From: Chiloscyllium plagiosum
Taxonomy: Eukaryota
Assembly (NCBI RefSeq): GCF_004010195.1
Contig: NC_057720.1
Coordinates: 1,361,403 to 1,409,674 of the forward strand
Direction: 5' to 3'
DNA: 48,272 nucleotides
In this document: in pieces, positions 1 to 12,320 of the stretch
Layout: each line of letters begins with the position of its first letter
Numbering within the stretch: position 1 is the first letter of the stretch
Notes under the pieces: model-generated
What the model saw: the letters and a program-made list of their open reading frames with translations, nothing else
What the model was told of the DNA's origin: nothing
Database searches by the model: none
Made by a program: the position numbers and the translations under genes

Positions 1-250
1 TCAGCACCGCCTTCCTAATCTGCAATCTTCTTCCTGACCTCTCCGGCCCCACCCCACTCCGGTCTATCACCCTCACCTTGACCTCCTTCCACCTATCGCA
101 TTTCCAACGCCCCTCCCCCAAGTCCCTCCTCCCTGCCTTTTATCTTAGCCTGCTGGACACTTTCCTCATTCCTGAAGAAGGAAATATGCCCGAAAGGTCG
201 ATACTCCTGTTCCTTGGATGCTGCCTGACCTGCTGCGCTTTTCCAGTAAC
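1..250 (+). mobile_element. 3' end/terminal repeat of a Penelope-like element with degenerate hammerhead core
   Basis: C-rich tract then CCTGAAGAAGG..GCCCGAAAGGTCGA..GGATGCTGCCTGACCTGCTGCGCTTTTCCAG, a repeat that recurs about 10 times in the window. Confidence 0.7.
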
Positions 251-490
251 CAATGTCCTGTACAGGCAACATGAACTCCCAACTCCTGTACTCAATACTC
301 TGACCAATAAAGGAAAACATACCAAATGTCTTCTTCACTATCCTATCTACCTGTGATTCCACTTTCAAGGAGCTATGAACCTGCACTCCAAGGTCTCTTT
401 GTTCAGCAACACTCCCTAGGACCTTACCATTAAGTGTGTAAGTCCTGCTAAGATTTGCTTTCCCAAAATGCAGCACCTCGCATTTATCTC
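251..490 (-). mobile_element. CR1 LINE ORF2 fragment
   Basis: Translates VLHFGKANLSRTYTLNGKVLGSVAEQRDLGVQVHSSLKVESQVDRIVKK; similar to 2020-2260. Confidence 0.9.
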
Positions 491-599
491 CATCCCTTTG
501 GCTTGCAGCGTCATTCCTGATGAAGGGCTTTTGCCCAAAGCGTTAATTTTCCTGCTCCTCAGATGTTGCCTGACTTGCTGTGCTTTTCCAGCATGACAT

Positions 600-1468
600 T
601 CTTGATATTAAATGGCTAACCCCTTACTCTGAGATTATGCTGTCCGGTCCTAGACTCTCCCACAAGGGTGAACAACCTTTCCACATCAGATCTGTCAAGT
701 CCCCTGAGAAATCTGTATGTTTAATAAGGTCACTGTTTATTCTTCTAAACTTCAATGAGTACAGGCCCAATCTCTTCACTTCTAATATAGTCCTTCCATA
801 CCTGAGACCAGCTGAGTGAACTTCACCAGACTGCCTCCAATGCAAATATATCTTACCTTATATAAGGTGCCCAAAAGTGTTCACAATATTTCAACTGTGG
901 TCTGACTATTTTTGTACTCTATTTTCTTTGAACTATAAGCCAATATTTCATTTGGCTTCCCTATTACCTGATGAATTTGGATGCTATCTTTTGTGATCAC
1001 CCTCAAATCCATCTATGCTGCAGTTTTCTGCATATAAATAATACTTAGTTCATTCATTCTTCCTGCCAAAGGGCATAACCTCATATTTTCCACACATTAT
1101 ATGCCATCTGTCAAGTTTACCCATTCACTTAACCTGTCTATATTCCTTCATAGACTCTGGATCATCCACAAACTGGGCATTAGCACATTCACTTTCATCT
1201 CTGAGTAATTCATACACATTGAAAATAATTGTGGTCCCAGCAAAGATCCTGGTGGCCCTTCACTAGTTACAGGCCAACATCCTGGAAATGCCCCTTATCC
1301 CAACTCTCTGGTTTCTATTGGTTAGCCAATCCTCTATCCATGTTCATTTATTACCAACAGCACCATGGACTTTTAGCTTTATGGTGAGCTAACAAATGCC
1401 TTTAGGAAATCTAAATATATTACATCTACTGGTTTCCCCCCACCCCTTACCTATCCTGCTTGGTACTT
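600..1468 (-). mobile_element. Old degraded CR1 LINE (3' part); continues at about 3943-4400
   Basis: Degenerate RT and C-terminal motifs. The sequence CTATCCTGCTTGGTACTT resumes as CTTCAAGGAATTCTAATAAGTTTGTCAAGCATGA after the younger insertion. Confidence 0.7.
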
Positions 1469-3942
1469 AGAGTCATAGAGATGTACAGCATGAAAACAGA
1501 CTCTTCGGTCCAACTCATCCATGCTGACCAGTTATCCCAACCCAATCTAGTCCCACCTGCCAGCACCTGGCCCCTATCCCTCCAAACTCTTCCTATTCAC
1601 ATACCCATTCAGATGTCTTTTAAATGTTGCAATTGTACCAGCTTCCACCATTTCCTTTGGCAGTTCATTCCACACACGCACATCCTCTGCATGGAAAAGG
1701 TGCCCCTTAGGTCTCTTTTATATCTTTCTTCTCTCAGTCTAAACCTATGCCTTCTATTTCTAGACTCCCCAACCCCAGGGAAAAGGCCTTGTCTATTTAC
1801 TCTATCCATGCCCCTCATGATTTTATAAACCTCTATCAGGTCACCCCTCAGCCTCCAATGCTCCAGGGAAAACTGCCCTGGCCTATTTAACGTCTCTCTA
1901 TAGCTCAAATCCTTCAACCCTGTCAACATCTTTGTAAATGTTTTCTGAACCCTTTCAAGTTTCACAACAAATTTCTGATAGGATGGAGACCAGAATTGCA
2001 CACAATACTCCCAAAATGGCCAAACCAATATCCTGTACAACCGCAACATAACCTCCCAACTCCTGTACTCAATACTCTGACCAATAAAGGAAAGCATACC
2101 AAACGCTTTCTTCACTATCCTATCTACCTGCAACTCTACTTTCAAGGAGCTATGAACCTGTACTCCAAGCTCTCCCTATTCAGGAACACTGTCTTTAAGT
2201 GTCCTTACTATTATAAGTCCTGCCAAGATTAGCTTTTCTAAAAATGCAGCACCTTGCATTTACCTAAATTAAACTCTATCTGCCACTCCTCAGCCCATTG
2301 GCCCATCTGATCAAGATCCTGTTGTAATCTGAGGTAACCTTCTTCGCTGTCCACTACACCTCCAATTTTGATGTCATCTGCAAACTTATTAACCATACCT
2401 CTTATGCTCACATCCAAATCATTTATATAAATGATGAAAAGCAGTTGACCCAGCACTGATCCTTGTGGCACTCCACTGGTCACAGGCCTCCAGTCTGAAA
2501 AACAACCCTCCACCACAACCCTCTGTCTTCTACCTTTGAGCCCGTTCTGTATCCAAATGGCTAGTTCTCCTTGTATTCCATAAGATCTAACCTTGCTAAC
2601 CAGTCTCCCATGGGGAACCTTGTCGAATGCCCTACTGAAATCCACATAGATCACATCTACCACTCTGCCCTCATCAATCCTTTTTGTTACTTCTTCAAAA
2701 AACTCAATCAAGTTTGCGAGACTTGATTTTGCATGCACAAAGCCATACTGACTATCCCTAATCAGTCTTTGCCTTTCCAAAATATGTACAACCTGTCCCT
2801 CAGGATTCCCTTCAACAACTTGCCCACCACCGACGTCAGGCTCACCGCTCTTTAGTTTCCTGGCTTTCCTAAATAATGGCACCATGTTAGCCAATCTCCA
2901 GCCTTCTGGCACCTCACCTGTGACTGTCAATGATACAAATATCTCAGCATGAGTCTCAGCAATCACCTCCATAGTTTCCCACAGAGTTCTTGGGTACACC
3001 TGATCAGGTCCTGGGGATTTATTCACTTTTATGCGTTTCAAGACATCCAGCACTTCGTCCTCTGTAATATGGACATTTTTCAAGATGTCACCATCTATTT
3101 TCATGCATTTTATATCTTCCATGTCCTTTTCCGCAGTAAATACTGATACAAAATACTTATTTAGTATCTCCTGTGGCTCTACACTAAGGTTTTTACCTCC
3201 TTGATCTTTGAGGGGCCCTATTCTCTCCCCAGTTATCCTTTGTCCTTGATGTATTTGTAAAAACCCTTTTGATTCTCCTTAACTCTATTTGTCAAAGCTA
3301 TCTATGTCCCCTTTTTGCCTTCCTGATTTTCCTCTTCAGTATACTCCTACTGCCTTTATACTCTTCTAAGGATTCACTCGATCTATCCTGTCTATACCTG
3401 ATATATGCTTCCTTCTTTTTCTTAACCAAACCCTCAATTTCTTTAGTCATCCAGCATTCCCTATACCTACCAGCCTTCCCTTTCACCCTGCAAAACATAC
3501 CCACAAGAGGACAGTCAGCCAAAAAGATAATGTATTGTATCCGGACCCTCGTTATTTCTGAAGGCTTACCATTTTCCAGCCGTCCCTTTACCTGTAAACA
3601 TTTGCCCCCAATCAGCTTTTGAAAGTTCTTGCCTAATACCGTCAAAATTGGCCTTTCTCCAATTTAGAACTTCAACTTTTAGATCTGGTCTATCCTTTTC
3701 CATTACCTTTTTCAAATTAATAGAATTATGGTCTCTGGCCTCAAAGTGCTCCCCGACTGACACCTCAGTCACCTGCCCAGCCTTATTTCCCAAGAGTAGG
3801 TCAAGTTTTGCACCTTCTTTAGTAGGTACATCCACATACTGAATCAGAAATTTTTCTTGTACAAATTCCTCTCCATCTAAACCCTTAACACTATGGCAGT
3901 CCCAGTCTATATTTGGAAAGTTAAAATCTCCTACCCTAACCT
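1469..3942 (-). mobile_element. 5'-truncated CR1 LINE, ORF2 (APE end plus RT), frameshifted
   Basis: GDFNFPNIDW and LDLLLGN (APE); YVDFSRAFDKVPH, SGVPQGSVLG and KFADD (RT); CTCTATGACTCT tail at the left end. Confidence 0.95.
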
Positions 3943-4400
3943 TCTTCAAGGAATTCTAATAAGTTTGTCAAGCATGATTCCTCTTCATGAAGCTATGCTG
4001 ACTCTGCTTGATCATATGTTTTTAAATGCTCTACTCTGTCTATAATAAACTGTAGTAATTTCCCAATGAAGCATTAAGCTAACTGACCTGTAGTTACCTT
4101 TACTTGCCTCCTTCCCCTTTTTAATATGTGTTACATCGGGCAGTTTCCCAATCCTCTGGGAGTTTTCCAGAATCTAAAGATTCCAGAATCTAAAGATTAC
4201 TGCCAGTGCATCCACTATCTTTGTAGGTGCTTCCTTTCTTATGCGAGGATATATCCCATCAGGTCCAGGGGATTTGTCAGGCTTTAGCTCCACTAGTTTC
4301 CCTAGCCCTTCTTCCTACAGTGATAGTTATTGCATTTATTTCCTCCCCACCCTTTGATCCTTGATTATTTTGGAATTCTAATAATGTCTTTCACTGGCAA
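3943..4400 (-). mobile_element. Old degraded CR1 LINE (upstream part of the 600-1468 copy)
   Basis: Remnants of KSPGPD and NYRSVSL motifs on the minus strand. Confidence 0.6.
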
Positions 4401-5622
4401 AAACATTTTTCCCCACTCTGACCCAGTTACTCGCAAGAGAACAACTTAAGCCCTTTTCCACATATTCCAGTGATCCATCATTAACTATTCCCTACATTGT
4501 AATTAAGTCATCCTACAGTAATTAAGTAATCCTCACTAAATTATTTCTCACTGACCTAATTATCCCTGAATACTAGATTAAGGTCCCATTTCTGTGTTCC
4601 AGCAGATACCTAACTCTCCATCATTATCTTTTTGGCTGACTGTCCTCTTGTGGGTATGTTTTGCTTTCTATATGTTTGTGTGTCCATATCTGTCCCTCTC
4701 ACTCTTGCTTGATGTCAGTCCCTGTGTATCTTTCACACCTCTCTCCTTATGTCTTTCTCTCATTCCATATCTGTTCCTTTCTCAAACTCCATTTCACTCC
4801 CTGTATCTCTCTTGCACTATTTCTGTCTCTGTGTATATTGCTGTAATTCACTCGCCTTTTTTGAAATTAAATGATTTTGTGTAAACTGTTCATATGTGCA
4901 CAGGGAATGCGGGATTACTGATACAGATCATTACAATGAAGGAACTTTGCCAGTAATTTAGTTTTTTCCTAATGCAGATTGACCTGACTTTATGTTTCTG
5001 CCATTTTCCTCCTTTGATTCACTGTTCCATGCTCATATATAAACTTACCACACAGATCTTTGATACACTTTTATTGAGTAAGGATCAAGAAATTGTGAAT
5101 TATTCAGAAAGAGCCATTCATCCCTTATCTTCACAAGTAGATGAGCAGCTGAAAATAATTCATTTTATTTCAATACCCATTGAATGTGGCCTGGCTACTA
5201 TCAATGTGAATGGGCTAAGACCAGATTCAGAGCAGAGAGGAACAGAAGACCAGGAGCTTATGTATAAGGGGTTGATGCAGCTGTGATTGCAAACAATGAG
5301 AAAATCAACAGATTGGTAACCTAAAACTGAGTCTAATAGTAATTCTTCACTTCATATTGATTTGGTAAATGTTATTTCACTATGTCACAATCAGGAACAC
5401 TGCAATGTTCTCTCTTACATATTTTGCCAACAGCACACAAAACTATTTTGTGTCACATGAAGATCAAGTTGTGAGTAGATATTGACATTATCTCACAAAA
5501 CAATGTCCTCACATCTCTCTACAGTACTAGTCCCACTATATATCATGTTGATGTTGTTTGAAACATGCAACAACATTTCATTGTCATTTAGTGTTTCACA
5601 GACAATGTTATCATTGTCTTAT

Positions 5623-5753
5623 TCATGTTGGAACCAGTCTAGCATTAAAACTACCAGACTCTCTACCATCACTTATTGTGAAATTTTGAATTCTGTCTGT
5701 AAACAGATGGTAGAGAATCTCGTAGTTTTGATGCTGGTGTGGTTCCAACATGA
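5623..5753. repeat. Imperfect inverted repeat (48-bp arms, 35-nt spacer)
   Basis: 5623-5670 is the reverse complement of 5706-5753 with about 6 mismatches. Confidence 0.9.
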
Positions 5754-6069
5754 TAACATTAACTGTTACAAGATTCCTTACTAACAAAATAAAAGAAGTT
5801 GTCCAGCAGTTTTTGAATAAATGTTTTTAAGGTCATTGACAATGCTGGCCCTTTGTTAACTTCACCCCAACAGACAAGCTTCACAACCATTGGTGCTGAG
5901 TGTTATTTAAATTTATATTTCTTCTATATTTAGAATTCTATTTTATTTCAAATGTTATTTCATTTACTATTATACATCCACAATGTTTCAACTTATGCTA
6001 TTTTCTGTTGAGAAAGATCCAAAGAACTGAACACCAGTCTATACTTGAATTCTCATTGGAAAAAATCAC

Positions 6070-7170
6070 AGGAATTGGTACAGGGGCCTCAACTCTTTAC
6101 AATTTATATATAAATATATATATAATTTGGATGACAGGATCAAAGGTATTGTGGCTAAATTTGCGATGATACAGAGGCAGAGTAGGAAGGTTAATTGGAG
6201 AACAGACATAAGGAGCCTACAAAAGGTAATAGACTGGCTAAGTGATTGAGTAAAGATCTGGAAAACGCAGCACAATGTGGGAAAACGTGAACTTGTCTAT
6301 TTTGTCAGAAAAAGAATAAAAAAAGGTACAATATCTAAATGGTGAGAGATTGCAGAGCTTGGATATGGAAAGCGATTGGGCTATTCTATGAATGAGTCAC
6401 AAGGTGTTAGCATGCAGAAACAGCAAGGAATCAGGAAAGCTAATGTAATGTTATGGTTTATTGTGAGGTAAAAATTGAATGCACGAGTAGGGAAGTTTTG
6501 CATCAGTCATATAGGGCATTGCATCTGGAGTACTGCGTACAGTACTGGTTGCCATACTTATGGAAGGTTGTTAATGCAGTGGAAGCACCTCCAAGAAGGC
6601 TTTTTTTTAGATTACATTACATTACAGTACAGTCAGTCGCCTGAGGTGGGAATTGAACCCGGGTCTCCGGCGCTGTGAGGCAACAGTGCTAATCACTGTG
6701 CCACCGTGCCGCCCACAAAGGCTAGACTAATGCCTGGAATGAGCAGATTTCCTTATGAGGTTAACCGTGTACTGTCTGGAGTTTAGAAAAGTCAGAGGTG
6801 ACTGCATTGAAACATACAAAATCTGAGGGGATTTGACCAGGTGTTTCTTGTTGTGGGAGAATCTAGAACTACAGGTCATAGTTTAAAAATAAGGGGTTGC
6901 CCATTTGAGCCAGAGCTGAGCGAAAAGACATCCCCTTAAAGGGTTGTGAATCTATGGAGTTCCCTTCTTCAAAAGGTGGTGGATGCAGAATCTTTAAATA
7001 TTTTTTGGCAGTGGTTGATAGATTCTTGATGACCAAGGGGACGATTTTGGGGGTGGGTATGTGTGGGGAAATGTAGGAATGTAGAGTTGAGGTTAAAATT
7101 AGATCAGCCACAATCTTACTGAATGATGGACCAGACTGGAAGAGCCAGGTATCCTACTCTTGGTCATGAT
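6070..7170 (+). mobile_element. Degraded CR1 LINE 3' portion
   Basis: AKFADD-like motif, LHLEYCVQYW and CR1-type 3' UTR (AGATCAGCCACAATCTTACTGAATG). Confidence 0.8.
6602..6717 (-). mobile_element. Internally deleted HE1-like V-SINE
   Basis: tRNA-derived head GTGGGCGGCACGGTGGCACAGTG joined almost directly to a (TAATG/TAATC)n tail; AAGGCT target duplication at 6596-6601 and 6718-6723. Confidence 0.85.
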
Positions 7171-7814
7171 CAGACATCTGACTCACATTACATTGATTGA
7201 TATAAAATTTGCAAGAATACAACAATGATGTTAAGTGAGGGTTTGCTCGAAGTGATAGAAATAGCAAGTAGGAGTTTGATAAATGGTTGCGCAGTTAGTA
7301 AGAGACACACCATCTGAGGGAGATCAATAAAGGTTAAAGTATGGGTGTCATACAATGTAAAAACACATTAGCACCAACACTCAACCAGTAACCTCAGAAG
7401 TAGCACATTTCTTCAAAGAACGTGCAGTGTCTTCATTATGTTATGGAATATTACAGAACAGTAAGAGATTATTCCGCCTACAATGCTGTGCTGGCTTTTT
7501 GGTAGAGTGATTGACTTAGCCTCACTTCTCTAATTCCTTAAAGCTGCCCAAATATTTTCTCTATAAGTATCAATTTAATTCCCTCTTAAAAATTACATCC
7601 ATAAAAATGACTTGCTGCCACTGCCTTTTGAAGACAGCATATTCTGGATTCCAACAACTCACTTAACTCTTCCTCTGGTTCTCTTGTCAAGTCAATCTGT
7701 CACTGACTCTCCTGTCATTGGAAACACTGGCCCCGTGTCATCATTTGAACCCTGCTACTGAATCTCACAGTAGAAAGTCAATACATTCCATCCTTGCTGC
7801 TGTCAAAAGGAGTT

Positions 7815-8062
7815 TACACATTCTCTCAGTGTCTGCGTGGGTTTCCTGCAGGTGCTCTGGTTTCCTTCCACAATCCAAAGACATGCAGGTCAGGTGATGT
7901 TAAATTGCCCACAGTGTTCAGGGATATGTAGATTAGGTGCATTCGTCGGATAGACATAGGGTAATAGCATAGGGGAATGGGTCTGGGTGGGTTACTCTTT
8001 GGTAGGTCGGTGTGGACTTGTTGGGCCAAATGGCCTATTTCCACACGGTAGGGATTTTATGA
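7815..8062 (+). mobile_element. 5'-truncated V-SINE (HE1-like)
   Basis: V-domain GTGTCTGCGTGGGTTTCC..CTGGTTTCCTTCCACAATCCAAAGAC plus LINE-like tail. Confidence 0.85.
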
Positions 8063-8249
8063 AAAGGTAGACCATCAGACATAGGCCGTCTGTGTACAAT
8101 ACAAAGCTGTTGGGATCAATCCTATTACAATGTAAATTAGGCCTCCTGTCCATACACAGGCAGAACAGTCATCAAACCATTTTCACACAGCAGTTGAGGG
8201 TGTGGAATGCACTGCCTGGAAAAGTGGTGCAAGGTAGACAAGCAGGAGG

Positions 8250-8820
8250 CCCTGAGTTTACGTTTGATCTCACTGATGTACTGAAGACCATATCAGCAGC
8301 ACTGGATGTAAACTAGGTTGGAGGAGAGGCAGGCGAACCACTGTCTCACCTGGAAGGACTGTTTGGGGCCCATGATGGAAGTGAGGAGATTGGTGTAGCT
8401 GCAGAGACTTGTGGGGTGGTAGGTGAGGACAAGGGGGACCCTGTCTTTATTGCATTTGGATGGGGGAGGGATTTAGAGCAGTGGCTCTCCTGATTCCCTT
8501 CCCAGCCCCTCCCCCTCCCTTCCATTCCTCTGACTGACCCTTCCTTCCAACCACCAACTGGATTCATTCCTCCCATCGACCAACCAGGCCGTACCGTCTA
8601 CCTGTGTTCACCTACCCCTACCTCACTACTCCACCCCTGTCCCCAGCCAAAACCCATCCCCACCCCGCACCTTTTATCTAAAGCTCGCCTTACACCCAGC
8701 TCCAATCCTGAAGAAGGGTTACACCCAAAATGTTGACTTTTTTACCTCCTGGCTTGTTGTGTTCTTCCAGCTTCCTGTCTGTCTACCTTGGATTCCAGCA
8801 TCTGTAGTTCTTTTGTTTCT
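8250..8820. mobile_element. Penelope-like element remnant: GIY-YIG fragment (-) joined to terminal repeat (+)
   Basis: Minus strand reads GPKQSFQVRQWFACLSSNLVY..GLQYISEIKRKL; plus strand has CCTGAAGAAGGGTTACACCCAAAATGTTGAC at about 8707. Confidence 0.7.
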
Positions 8821-8935
8821 GGAAAAAGTGCTGCAGGCAGGTTCGATTGAGGCATTCAAGAGGGAATTGGATGGTTACTTGGATATAAATATTGGATATG
8901 AGGAGAAAGCGGAAGATTGGCACTAGGTAATAATG

Positions 8936-9064
8936 AGGAGAAAGTGAGGTCTGCAGATGCTGGAGATCAGAGCTGAAAATGTGTTGCTGGAAAAGCGCAG
9001 CAGGCCAGGCAGCATCCAGGGAACAGCAGAATTGACGTTTCGGGCATAAGCCCTTCTCAGGAAC
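8936..9064 (-). mobile_element. Short Penelope-derived terminal-repeat insertion
   Basis: Minus strand CTGAGAAGGGCTTATGCCCGAAACGTCAAT; AATAATG direct repeats at 8929-8935 and 9065-9071. Confidence 0.8.
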
Positions 9065-9599
9065 AATAATGTTCATTTGAAGAACTCGTGCAAATATTAT
9101 AGGCCGAGTGGCCTCCTTCTGTGCTGTAACTCTGAATCTGTGAAGTGAGATGTATTTAAGGACATTGAAAACATTTTTTTATTTAACCAAGATTTGGCTG
9201 TCAACTTTGTGTTTGCCCAAGAATATGTTATTGTATGAATTGTTGTCAGAGCGATTGCTGTGCTAACATCCTGCCCGGGTCATTAATAATTGCCACTCTA
9301 CTGCCACTGCTCCCCCAATTGATTTACCCAGACACCTACAGGTAGACAATTAATTAATAATGGGTGAGGAGAACGTTTGTAGCAATGTCTAAACTACCAT
9401 CAATAGCCACAGCAATCCCCTTTTCTGCATTTTAGGCACAATGTGTTATAACCACATACAGCTGATGGAACAGTGAAAGATTAACACATCCATCAAACCT
9501 GCCCCACACTGTGTTGGTCAATTATTAAACCAAATACATCAGCCATTACTTTTTCATTCATATACTTGGCTTAAATGCAAATGGACATACAATCATGAC

Positions 9600-10663
9600 A
9601 TGTGAGTGGAGATTGGGAGTGCTTGAACACATCAAACTCCCATCTTCAAAACGTTGCATGGCATCAGGGCAGGAGCGAAAGTTACTCGGATGTTTTGCTC
9701 CAGGAGGTGGTAACACCTGTCAGATTAGGAAATTCAAACTTGGTCTGTGATTAAGGACAGGAGGGTGTGAATGGTAGGTGAGTTAGGTAAGGGAATCCAG
9801 AGGGCAGCTGTCGAACAGCCTCTGTCCCTGCAACTGTCCAACAGCTGTGGTTCTTGTAAGCTGTGTGAATGGGAGTGGGGACTGCAGAGAAGATAAGCCA
9901 TCTGACCACAGCACTTGCGACAGGGAGCCACTCGTGGGGAAGAGGAAGTAGGAAGGTAGTAGGGGTAAGGGACAGATACTGTTTTCTTCAGCTGTGAACA
10001 TGAATCTTGAAGTGTCAGGGTTAAGGACATATCCTCAGAGCTGGAAAGGAACTTGGCCCGGGAGGGGAGGGACCCAGCTGTCGGACATCCACATTGGTAC
10101 TAACAATAGTGACACGACTACAAGGAGGTTTTGCTGAAAGACTTTAAACAGTTAGCAGCTAAACCAAAAAGCAGAAACTCCAAGATAATAACCTCAGGAT
10201 TAGTACCTGATGCACTGGCAAACTAGCATAGTGGAATTAACATCAAGAAGTTAAAGTGGAGCTTGAAGATGGATGGAATGGGTTTCAGTTCATTGGGCAC
10301 TGGCACTAGTAATGGGGCAGAACAGAGCTTTTCTGGATTTTAAGGTAGATGCAAGATGTTGCTTCCCCTTGTGGGAGAGTATAAGACCACAGGACATAAT
10401 CTCAGGGTGCCCATTTAAGACAGAGATGAGGAGGAACCTTTACCATAAAATAGTGAATCTATGGAATTCTTTACCACAGGGGACTGTTGAGGCTGGGTCA
10501 TTAAGTATATTCAAGGTTGAGATAGGCAGAGTTTTAATTAGGAAGGTAACCAAGGTTTATGGGGAAAAGGCTGGAAAGTGAAAATGAGGATTATCAGACC
10601 AGTCATGATCTCACTGGAGCAGTCTCATCAGGCTGTATGGCAGACTTCTGTTCCTGCATCTTA
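9600..10663 (+). mobile_element. Internally deleted old CR1 (ORF1 esterase remnant plus 3' end), antisense to CRYZ, directly after its stop codon
   Basis: HIGTNN and IITSGLVP (CR1 ORF1 SGNH-like) remnants, IVNLWNSLPQGTVEAGSLSIFK (ORF2 C-terminus), and a 3' UTR ending TTCCTGCATCTTA. Confidence 0.75.
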
Positions 10664-10822
10664 CATTGTAAGAATCATCTTGCCCATTGTTCCAGGCCCC
10701 TTAATGATATCCTCATGAGCCTGAGCCACTTTCTCCAGGGTGTATTCAGGTCCCACCACTGGCTTCAGCCAGCCCATCTCCATTCCTGCAAAGAATGCAG
10801 CCGCCGACTCCAGACGATCTTC
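10661..10822 (-). CDS. CRYZ: CRYZ final coding exon (equivalent to human exon 9)
   Basis: tttgtcgcag|EDRLESAAAFFAGMEMGWLKPVVGPEYTLEKVAQAHEDIIKGPGTMGKMILTM-TAA; 162 nt; absent from the ORF track. Confidence 0.95.
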   Translation of the reverse strand, partial: EDRLESAAAFFAGMEMGWLKPVVGPEYTLEKVAQAHEDIIKGPGTMGKMILTM

Positions 10823-11489
10823 CTGCGACAAACAGAAAGGCTCAAAGAATCATAAAATCCCTACAGGGCAGAAAAGGCCATTCGGCCCATTGAGCCTAGA
10901 CCGACCCTCCAAACAGCATCCCAACCAGACCCCCCCCCCCCCATCTCCTTAATGCTCCTCACTTCCCTTCCCCCAACACTCACTGTTTTCCACTTATGTC
11001 GATTCCGTAGTACTTCCCATTTCCCATCCCTGAACCCTCAGTCTTTCCCAGTTCCCTTTCCCAATCACCTACTGCTTCCCACTTACCTTTCCCAATCACT
11101 TACTGCCTCCCCCTTCCCTTACTTGACCTCTCACTGCTTCCCACTTCCTTTTCCTGATCCCTCCCTGCCTCCTACTCCTCTCTGAACTTCACTGCTTCCT
11201 GCTCCATAAGTGGGTAGTCAGGGGAGGCAGTGAGCAAAGAACAAGAGAGGGAAGCGTTGAGAAGAGAGTTGGTGAACTGAAAGCAATGAGCAGGAGGTAA
11301 ACAAGACAAGTTAGCAAGTTATTAAAATTTGTAAGAAGGTTTTGGAGCCCATTATTTTTAAGGGAAACACAGGCTTTTCATATAAGATTTTCTAGGTCAG
11401 GAATTTAACCCATATTTATGACATACTTTCTTGTGGGAAAGTGCTTTTCATTCAGACTGTCTTGTTGTAGACACATATTAGGAGTGCTA

Positions 11490-11830
11490 AATGGAGGATA
11501 ACTGTACAGAAACAATGGCAGCTCATTTGCAGACACACAATGCTCCCACAAAAACAATGTAAGAACAATCAATTAATCTGCTTTTGTGATATTAATTGAA
11601 TATTGGACAGGGCATAACACCTTTGCTCTTTATTAACATTGTCTATACGGGATGTTTTGTGCCTGCCTGAAATCAGATGAGACCTCAGATTATTATCTCA
11701 CCCTGAAGACAGTACCTCCAACAGTGTAGCACTCCTTCTGTGCTGCATTGCACTGCTGCCCTCGATTTTTATTCTGAATGCCTGGAGTGAAATTTGTACC
11801 CAATTATTGACTAATGAGCTATGGCTGCCA
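11490..11830 (-). mobile_element. Degraded DeuSINE (SacSINE1/AmnSINE-like)
   Basis: Minus strand GGAGTGCTACACTGTTGGAGGTACTGTCTTCAGGGTGAGAT resembles the Deu domain. Confidence 0.65.
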
Positions 11831-12224
11831 CAGAATTTGAAAACAAGGATAAGAATTGAGTTATTTTACGCTGGGAACCAATGGACGTCAGCAAGCACAG
11901 AGGTAAGTAATACATTTAGTATCAGCCTGGGATGTGCTTCTGGTTGTAGGGAGAGGGGAATGTCCAAAGGGACAAATTTAACAAGAACAAGTGTTTGTGA
12001 AAGTGTTTAAACTTAAAGCAGGAAGTAAAATTTCTATTTATTACTGCTCTTCTACATTAACATTCTTGTAGTAAATCCCTAAATGGCATTTTGATTAAGA
12101 TATCAACTGTTTAGTTCACATGAAAACAATGCAGACAAAAATGAGGTATAGGTGTTTTACGTGTACGTGTATTAATTGTACCCTCTGATTTGTATAGCAA
12201 GCATTTGAAAAGTGATCTTCTTAC

Positions 12225-12320
12225 CTCAGTTATTGTACCGAATGCAACCCCAATGATGCTGGACTCCTTAGCCATTGTATCCCTGGGGTTTATCTCAATG
12301 CTACCTCTGCAGCCCACAAT
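12225..12320 (-). CDS. CRYZ: CRYZ coding exon (equivalent to exon 8)
   Basis: ttttacag|[32 protein letters not shown]|gtaag; 96 nt. Confidence 0.97.

Noticed and set aside
4972..5286. 104-aa plus-strand ORF
   Set aside because: No recognisable homology and only a weak acceptor context; splice signals here are better on the minus strand.
9550..9718. Apparent alternative CRYZ last exon (ctgacag|VLPPPGAKHPS...)
   Set aside because: It is mostly the antisense of a CR1 ORF1 remnant, and the true last exon is at 10661-10822.
1..10600. Exons of the human syntenic neighbour ERICH3 (TYW3 was sought upstream)
   Set aside because: No recognisable peptide matches found by eye.
10930..11320. Pyrimidine-rich CACTGCTTCCC repeats followed by a purine-rich mirror segment
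   Set aside because: Low complexity with pairing too loose to call a defined structure.
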